A DNA stretch of 64,000 nucleotides. Source: Eledone cirrhosa (lineage: Eukaryota). The position numbers and the translations under genes are program-made. Under the pieces are notes generated by a model, which worked only from the letters and a program-made list of their open reading frames with translations, was not told where the DNA came from and did not search any database. This document shows, one piece after another, positions 56,117 to 64,000 of this stretch; within the stretch, counting starts at the first letter, position 1; each line of letters opens with the position of its first letter. Where the stretch lies: NCBI GenBank assembly GCA_964016885.1, contig OZ024751.1, forward strand, positions 23,684,001 through 23,748,000, in the 5' to 3' direction.

Positions 56117-57303
56117 GCTTGTTTTACTAGCAAGATCACATTGTTGTATGTTTCATATTATTTATTCTATTTCTACTTCGATCCCTGAATTTAAGTATAC
56201 ATTCTCCCAGTGGATACATCTACGTGGTAAACTAATAAATAATTAAACATCTCAACTATCATATTGACAATATAAGCCCATCCCGTCCTCAAACCTGACA
56301 TTCATACTCTAGACAATTGTTTGAATTAGATAATGTTTCATCACCATAAATATATTAGACAACATCCATTATGGTTTTCTGTTTTTGTTTTTTCTATTCA
56401 TTTCTATTTGTTAACGTTGTTATTCTTATTGATATTTCTCAGTATGTAATGTGAATCTAGGATTGTCGTTGGTTGTTTTTTTTATGTACCGACTGTTGCT
56501 ACTCTTCTTGTTGATATGGTTTTATTTTTAGTTACTTACGGATATATATATATACATAGAGTTGCGTTTATACTGAATGGTTTCATTTCGTATCATCCAG
56601 CGACGTCTAGATTCTTCTATTGCTGCTTTATATATTTCGTTACTTTACAATTACCTAGAAATATTGAATAAATGAATGAGTTATTAATTTACCACCCAAG
56701 AAGGTAAAACAAGTGAATGAATATTAGTACTGGAATAATAAAACAGGAATTATGAGTTCCACTACATATTTGGGAATCTAACGATCATTTGGATACACAA
56801 CCCGCTCATAAGTAAGGAAATATTTACTAGTAACAATAAATACTTTTACCAACTCAATTTTAATGTCTTGGACAATAACAACATCACTTCTATTCAAATA
56901 TATTTTACCTCTGTAAAACGGACCAAAATAACAATTCTCATGAAGGTATTAGAGTTTTCATGTTTTTCGATGAGAGAACTTTTCCGAAGATTTTCACTCC
57001 GTAATCTCAATTCAAACTTAAAGTTAGATTTCACCGTTTTAAAAATTATATCATTCTATATTGTATTTTACTGATCTAATTTGATAATGTTTTCGAATAT
57101 CACGAATAACCTTCATTTTATGGAAAATATATTTTAATAAATATAAAGTGTAACAGATTTACCCAATTTAGTCCACATATAAAGTTTAACATATATACAC
57201 AGTTTAACACATAAATAGACTGTAGCAAATGAAACAAATATAAAACTTAAAAACATTGATATTTATGATCATTACTACACACTTCGACTTACAGCAAAGA
57301 AGG

Positions 57304-58539
57304 ATGGAGCTTAAAATTTCCGAAATAATACAGATAATGCTATTAACGTTGTATTTTGCTTTGATTATGTCTCCGAATATATCGGTAGTAAACTCCCAAG
57401 CTACATACGACGATGAAAAACTACTGCATGCTAAATTGTTGTCCAACTATAACAAAGATATAAGACCAGTTATTAACGTGACTACTACTGTTGAATTATA
57501 TACTTTGTTACATCTTAACACGCTCTATGACTTGGACTTTGTAAATAACATACTTAAGAGCCAATTCTACTTTGGAATAATGTGGTCTGATCAACATATG
57601 ACCTGGGACCCAGAGGAATATAACAACATTACATCTATATATCTACCGAAAAATAAGATATGGATGCCAAATATAGCAATGTGTAATTCAATGAAAGAAT
57701 CAGAAGATGCAGACAGTTCTTCAGAAGTCAAAATCTCTTATACTGGATGGATAGAATCATGGTCACCGAAATCGTTACAAACATTTTGTCAAGTAAATGC
57801 TTACACCTATCCATTTGATGATCATATGTGCGAAATTTATGTCTGTGTCGCAATGCACGCTGCTGTACATACGAGAATAAAAACACTCACATACGAGGAT
57901 TTCAATTTTATAAAAAACTATAAATGGCATATTCAATTAACTGGTGTAGTCAATGGCACAGGTGACGACTTCAGCTACGCATTTGCTCAGATGTTCTTAC
58001 GACGTAAAGTCACTGTAGGTATTATTGCGATGTTGAGCCCTTCAATCATGATGACACTTTTAACTATCTTTGTGTTTCTTCTGCCCCCTGAATCAGGAGA
58101 GAAAGTCTCTTTAGCAACAACGATATTTTTATCAAATGTCTTATACCTCGTTCAAATAGATAAAACGACGCCTAAAAACTCAAAATACCCTTCACTTCTG
58201 ATGTTGTATTTAATGTTGTTATCAATGTTCAGTGGAGTCTCCACACTTGGTTCAGTGGTTATAAGTAAATTGTATGTAAACCAATCAGCTAAAGAAAAGA
58301 ATTCATCGGCTTTAGATCAAAATAATACCAAACCTCAGGGTAACAAAATTGCTGATGTTTCACTAATTTCCACAGCCCAACCTTATCCTGCCATGACACA
58401 GGAAAGGTCAAATTTAAAACGATGGTTTTACATCTCTGACTACGTACGACTTGACAACATTTTTCTAAAACTTAGCGTTGTAACATCAATAATAATTGCA
58501 ATATTATTTGTAACTTTGTTGTTTACACCTCTGGATTAA
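57304..58539 (+). CDS. Chemotactile receptor (CRT-type), paralog 7, ~411 aa (start uncertain: 57265, 57304 or 57337)
   Basis: Cys-loop CQVNAYTYPFDDHMC; GEK; four TM segments. ATG 57304 follows an acceptor-like TTACAG. Confidence 0.92.
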   Translation: MELKISEIIQIMLLTLYFALIMSPNISVVNSQATYDDEKLLHAKLLSNYNKDIRPVINVTTTVELYTLLHLNTLYDLDFVNNILKSQFYFGIMWSDQHMTWDPEEYNNITSIYLPKNKIWMPNIAMCNSMKESEDADSSSEVKISYTGWIESWSPKSLQTFCQVNAYTYPFDDHMCEIYVCVAMHAAVHTRIKTLTYEDFNFIKNYKWHIQLTGVVNGTGDDFSYAFAQMFLRRKVTVGIIAMLSPSIMMTLLTIFVFLLPPESGEKVSLATTIFLSNVLYLVQIDKTTPKNSKYPSLLMLYLMLLSMFSGVSTLGSVVISKLYVNQSAKEKNSSALDQNNTKPQGNKIADVSLISTAQPYPAMTQERSNLKRWFYISDYVRLDNIFLKLSVVTSIIIAILFVTLLFTPLD

Positions 58540-59344
58540 GCAATTCTAAAATATGGGAAAATGAATCCCTAGTAGTTTATCATAAATTACTGTAAACAGA
58601 TTTCGAAAAACAATGCCTTTCAAAATTCGTGAAACTTAATAACACATACACAAACAAGAAATAAAAATAAATGTCTCATACCTTTGTATTTATGCTTTAG
58701 TATGGATGTACTTACATTCATATATGTATATGTGAAAACATAAAATAAAATACGTGTTAAACTATTTTCCAACATCCCAGTAAATTTATTAATATAAATT
58801 TATATCCTATACTTCACATATTTATATCCTATATTTCATTTATATATATACATTTAAACATATTTCACTCACAAACCCAAGTTTATAAACTCATGCAGAG
58901 AAACACAACACACAGAGACACATATACAGACGCATCTATGTATATAAATGTCTATCGATTTATATATCTATTCATATATTTGCATCTTTGTCTATATCTA
59001 TTCATATATAATTTTGAGTATGTGTTGGTTGTTTACTGACACTTCAGTAAGCAGGTTCATACCCCCCCCTATATATATATATATATATATATATTATTCA
59101 AAATTTTAATAAATGAAAAATATTCTCATAAATATAATTATTATTATATATATTTCAAAGGTACAATGGTCTTTAAGTACGTTTTCATCAGACAAAATAT
59201 ATGATTTGATATGTCACATACCGCTACGGTTTTGATTATTCAATTCCACTATTGGCAGTGATTTATTTCATCAAATCTCAACGTTTGTATACATACGTGT
59301 TTATGTATTCGTTAAGTAATCAACGAACCATATTAGTCTCTCTC

Positions 59345-59479
<135 letters not shown>

Positions 59480-59939
59480 GATAGATAGATAGATACAGAT
59501 ATGGAGAGAATTGATTCCTTATAGGTAACTTGTACTTATACACCTGGAAATAAGGAAAGATTAAATTGAGTTCATATTCGATAATACAAAGCACTCTATC
59601 CTATGTATTAATGATTCTGCTATTTCAACGGCGCGTACAATGGATAACATATAGAAAATTATTACGAATAATGAACAAATTCTAAAAGAGACGTGGAGAA
59701 AAACGCTTCGCCAGTGATAGCAAGAATATAAGACTTGCTCATTTCCTACAAGGTTACATAAAATGCAGGATTTGTCAGAGTTAAGCTTCGCACCCAGTCC
59801 CACAGCATGTCATCTTGAGCATGTGTCTTTTAGTATACTCTTTTGTGATGACAATGCCTTACGAATTAGACTTGCTAGAGCGCAACAGCATGAGAGCCCT
59901 CTCTATCTCTCTCTATTTCTATATATATCTCTCTCTATT

Positions 59940-60042
<103 letters not shown>

Positions 60043-60097
60043 GCTGACATGCCACCGGTTCAAGCAGCGAAACATATGCTAGTTTCGTCAACATTCT

Positions 60098-60159
<62 letters not shown>

Positions 60160-60162
<3 letters not shown>

Positions 60163-60842
60163 AGTTTATTTAACCTATTATTAAAATTCTTTTACAGATG
60201 AAATACAACAAAATATCGTGTAATTAATAACGGAGAAATACTTTTTAATATTATAAACCTTATTAATATACAATTTAGAAATTAATATATAAATTAATTT
60301 TAATTTAGTTAACCTATAATTTTAATTTAGTTAGCTTATAATTAAAATTCTAATACAGATGGATTGCAGAATATCGTGTAATCATAAACTGAGAAAAACT
60401 TTTAAATATATACCTAATTAATATACACTTTACAAATTAATATATAGGTTTTTTTTATTTTAGTTAACCTATAATTAAAATTCTACTATAGATAAAATAC
60501 AAAATTTTGCTTTAATTATTATAAACCTAATTAACATATACTATAGAAATTAATATATCATTTTTAATTTAGTTAACCTATAATTAATATTCTACTACCG
60601 ATGAAATACTTAATTTGGCTTTCCCTATTACAAATTTCCTAAATTTGATACCATCATGTTAATATATGTAATTATTTTTAATTTAGTTATGCTATAATTA
60701 ATACTCTACTACTGTTTAACTTCAAAATTCCGCTTTAAATATTATAAACCTAAGTAGTATACACCTTAGAAATTAATATATTAACTATTTTTATCTTAGT
60801 TAACCTATAATTAATATTCTACTTATATTAAAATACATAATT
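60160..60842. repeat. Diverged AT-rich tandem repeat, ~115-135 bp period, about 6 units
   Basis: Recurrent TTAGTTAACCTATAATTAA.ATTCTA and ATTATAAACCTAA.TAATATACA motifs. Confidence 0.7.
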
Positions 60843-60884
60843 TAGCCTTCTTTCTTACAAATACTATTTCCTAAAACCGATACA

Positions 60885-61310
60885 ACTATGTAAACACATA
60901 TGTTTTGGCTGCAGATTAATATTCTATGTTCCTTGAAACCTATATATTTACTATTTCCCACTAATAATTTTAATCCCCCCCCCCAATAATTATTTGTATT
61001 TGTAAACGTAGATGTATGGATGTGTATGTAAGTGTGTATGTATGTTTGTGTGTTTGTATGTGTGTATAAAAATACATATGTGCGCATGTATATATGTGTG
61101 TGTACTATGTTAACACATATAATGATTTAACTGCAGATTAATATTCTATGTTCCTTGAAACCTATATATTTACTATTTCCCACTAATCATTTTAATCCCC
61201 CCCCCCAATAATTATTTGTATTTGTAAGCGTGGATGTACGTATGTGTATGTAAGTGTGTATGTATGTTTGTGTGTTTGTATGTGAGTATAAAAATACATA
61301 TGTGCGCATG
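60885..61310. repeat. Tandem direct duplication of ~220 bp
   Basis: CTGCAGATTAATATTCTATGTTCCTTGAAACC...CCCCCCCCAATAATT...TGTGCGCATG occurs twice. Confidence 0.85.
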
Positions 61311-61455
61311 GAAATGTGTGTATGAGTGTATATACACATATATATATATATTATATGTATGTATATATATGTGTATGTATGTATGTGTATGTATATGTAT
61401 TTGTAGAGATGTGTGTATGTATGTGTATGTGTGTGCATATGTGTCTGACTGTGTG

Positions 61456-61520
<65 letters not shown>

Positions 61521-61601
61521 ATGTCTCTATATATATGTATGTCTGAGTGTGTGTGTGTGTGTGTGGTTGTGTATATATACATGGGTGTGTGTGTGTGTTT
61601 C

Positions 61602-61700
<99 letters not shown>

Positions 61701-61764
61701 ATATGTATGTGTGTGTGTATATGTATATATATGTATGTGTGTGTATGTGTGTGTATTATACATA

Positions 61765-61834
<70 letters not shown>

Positions 61835-62196
61835 TGTATTTATATGTATGGGTATATGTTTTACTTATTTTTATGTGTATGCATACAAACAGGTTAATAT
61901 GCGTGAGGTTAAGTATGTGTATGTGTGTGTGTGTACGTATGTATGTATCGAACGTATGGATGTGTAAATGTGCGTATGTATATAAGCATGTATATTTTAT
62001 GTCTCTCTTTTATGTTTTTTTATGTTTTTTTTATATTTCTTGTGGATACATTCTTATTAGTATGTCAAGGTTGATACCTTCCTTTAATTACTTCCTCCCT
62101 TACCTCCTTTACTTCTGCATCTGAATGTAAGTGTGTGTGGGCGTGTTTATGTGAGCGCCTCAATATCCATATAGTTATAATAATAATATATTTGTA

Positions 62197-62275
<79 letters not shown>

Positions 62276-62303
62276 GTGTGCATGTATGTATGTGTATGTA
62301 TAT

Positions 62304-62349
<46 letters not shown>

Positions 62350-62356
62350 GTGTATG

Positions 62357-62397
<41 letters not shown>

Positions 62398-62968
62398 TGT
62401 CTGTAGATTGTAGACATTAGCCCTAAATTTTTATATTTACATACACTTTTTCAACATGCGTATACATATGAATATACAATTTTATGCACATCTGTGAACG
62501 GATTTACATACATATATACACACACCTAACTGTATTTTCTTGATAAATTTTTATGTATTTCATTGGTCTATTTAAAATCTGTTCCCAAACAGACCTGTAA
62601 TTTTGAATTATCGTTATTATCAATACATATGCATCATTATTTCTGAAGACAGCATATATATGTGAAGGTATGTATATTCTCTTTGGTAGTTTGTATAATT
62701 TTGTACATAGATCTTTTGAATATGCATACCAATTCTAACACATATATGTCCTAGAAACGATCGTAAAATAATGAACTTTTTTTGTTTAATATAAGGAACT
62801 GTTTCTTTGTTTATTCATTATTTTTTTAATAATTTATCTTGACTCTGTATTCCGTTTATCTTTCACCGAAAGTGATTTTTGAATGCATCTCTTCTTTTCA
62901 TGATATCCGGATTACATTGAGTTCTTCATACGGATTGGACACTACCGTAAACTTTTGGTAGATTTATC

Positions 62969-63009
<41 letters not shown>

Positions 63010-63388
63010 CAAAGGGCGGAAGAACTCATAAGAGTCAACGGCCATCCAAAAGTGTGTAAATATGTATATACACATGTACCGCACGGTTAAACCACTGGGA
63101 GTGAAGGACACCTAGCCTTTGTCAGGGCATTCTTCTAGGAGAAGGCAACTCAGGAAACTGGGATGACTCCGATATAAAGCCTGCGGCTCAGTAGTTACCA
63201 ATGATGTTGAACTTTTCTTCTTTCGGGTTATAGCTACTGTCGCTCAGAGAGTGGGATTGGCTCAGTGCACAGTCTTTCCTCACTTTAAAAAATATCTTCA
63301 TGCACAGGCATTGCACGATAGAATTACATAATACTTATTAATAATGGTATATCACGCAATGGCCATACTCGATAACGAGGGGGCAGCC

Positions 63389-63432
<44 letters not shown>

Positions 63433-63433
<1 letters not shown>

Positions 63434-63810
63434 GAGGGCACTCCCAAAAGTAAGGTCTCCTTCCGATATTGCAACTTTTCCGTTAAAATCCTGTGGATGG
63501 TGCTTCGGGAAATCTCAGGAAACAAAGTGCAGAGAGCATCCAGAGTGATCCGCCGATCTTTGGGCATGTTTTCCTCGGAAGGAGACCTTAATTTTGGGAT
63601 TGCCCTCGTATATAATAACTTGGCAGCAGCGTTCAACGGGAGCTCCATTCTCAACGGCTGCCAAGCCAAGATTGAGCATCCCAGCGAAGCGCGCGAATGC
63701 TTGTTTGGGAGTGAAGGAAGCAACAATCACAACAGTGTTGCCAACAGCCGTACAAACAGTTTCTCTGCGTCCCCATCGCTTTGGAGACCTTACTTTTCGG
63801 ATTACCCTCC
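63433..63810 (-). mobile_element. Rearranged Tc1/mariner relic with three 28 bp TIRs
   Basis: TA-CGAGGG...AAGTAAGGTCTCC at 63433-63460, inverted copies at 63581-63608 and 63783-63810; minus-strand DRRITLDALCTLFPEISRSTIHRILTEKLQYRK is a mariner HTH segment. Confidence 0.8.
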
Positions 63811-63873
<63 letters not shown>

Positions 63874-63874
63874 T

Positions 63875-63905
<31 letters not shown>

Positions 63906-64000
63906 TAGTTTTGCGAGGTTTTTTATATGAAATCGTGTGTCGAAACAAATATTGTTATACTTGGGGAGGGTCATATTTGTGTAATATTGCCAGAATTAAT

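Noticed and set aside
60160-60842. CRISPR-like repeat-spacer array
   Set aside because: Whole units are homologous and degenerate, with no unique spacers or cas genes; an ordinary minisatellite.
63075-63330. Possible RTE 5' UTR or structured RNA
   Set aside because: Only a vague resemblance (TAGGAGAAGGCAACTC); no fold or ORF I can support.

Overview
AT-rich, microsatellite-dense animal DNA, almost certainly an octopus genome (inferred from the gene family and the SINEs). The window holds a tandem cluster of seven intact + strand genes, each with an uninterrupted CDS of about 400 aa. They encode divergent Cys-loop (nAChR-like) cation-channel subunits without loop-C vicinal cysteines, i.e. octopus chemotactile ('taste by touch') receptors of the CRT type. 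The family is known (Albertin 2015; van Giesen 2020; Allard 2023 and Kang 2023), so any novelty lies in the details. (1) Paralog 6 carries a natural M2 9' Leu->Thr, the classic alpha7 nAChR gain-of-function gate change. (2) Substitutions concentrate at alternating, pocket-facing residues of the extracellular domain, while the pore half is homogenised even at silent sites. (3) Some paralogs are chimeric. (4) Two paralogs show a cysteine swap. (5) A ~100 bp non-coding block upstream is conserved across divergent paralogs. Genes 1-5 arose by recent ~4-6 kb and ~13 kb segmental duplications. The spacers contain tRNA-derived SINEs, R4/Dong-like, RTE-like and Penelope RT fragments, Helitron-like and mariner relics, and many (TA)n-associated foldback mini-elements with hammerhead-ribozyme-like cores. 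One of these is inserted a few bases upstream of the ATG of gene 6. All alignments were made by eye and repeat boundaries are approximate.
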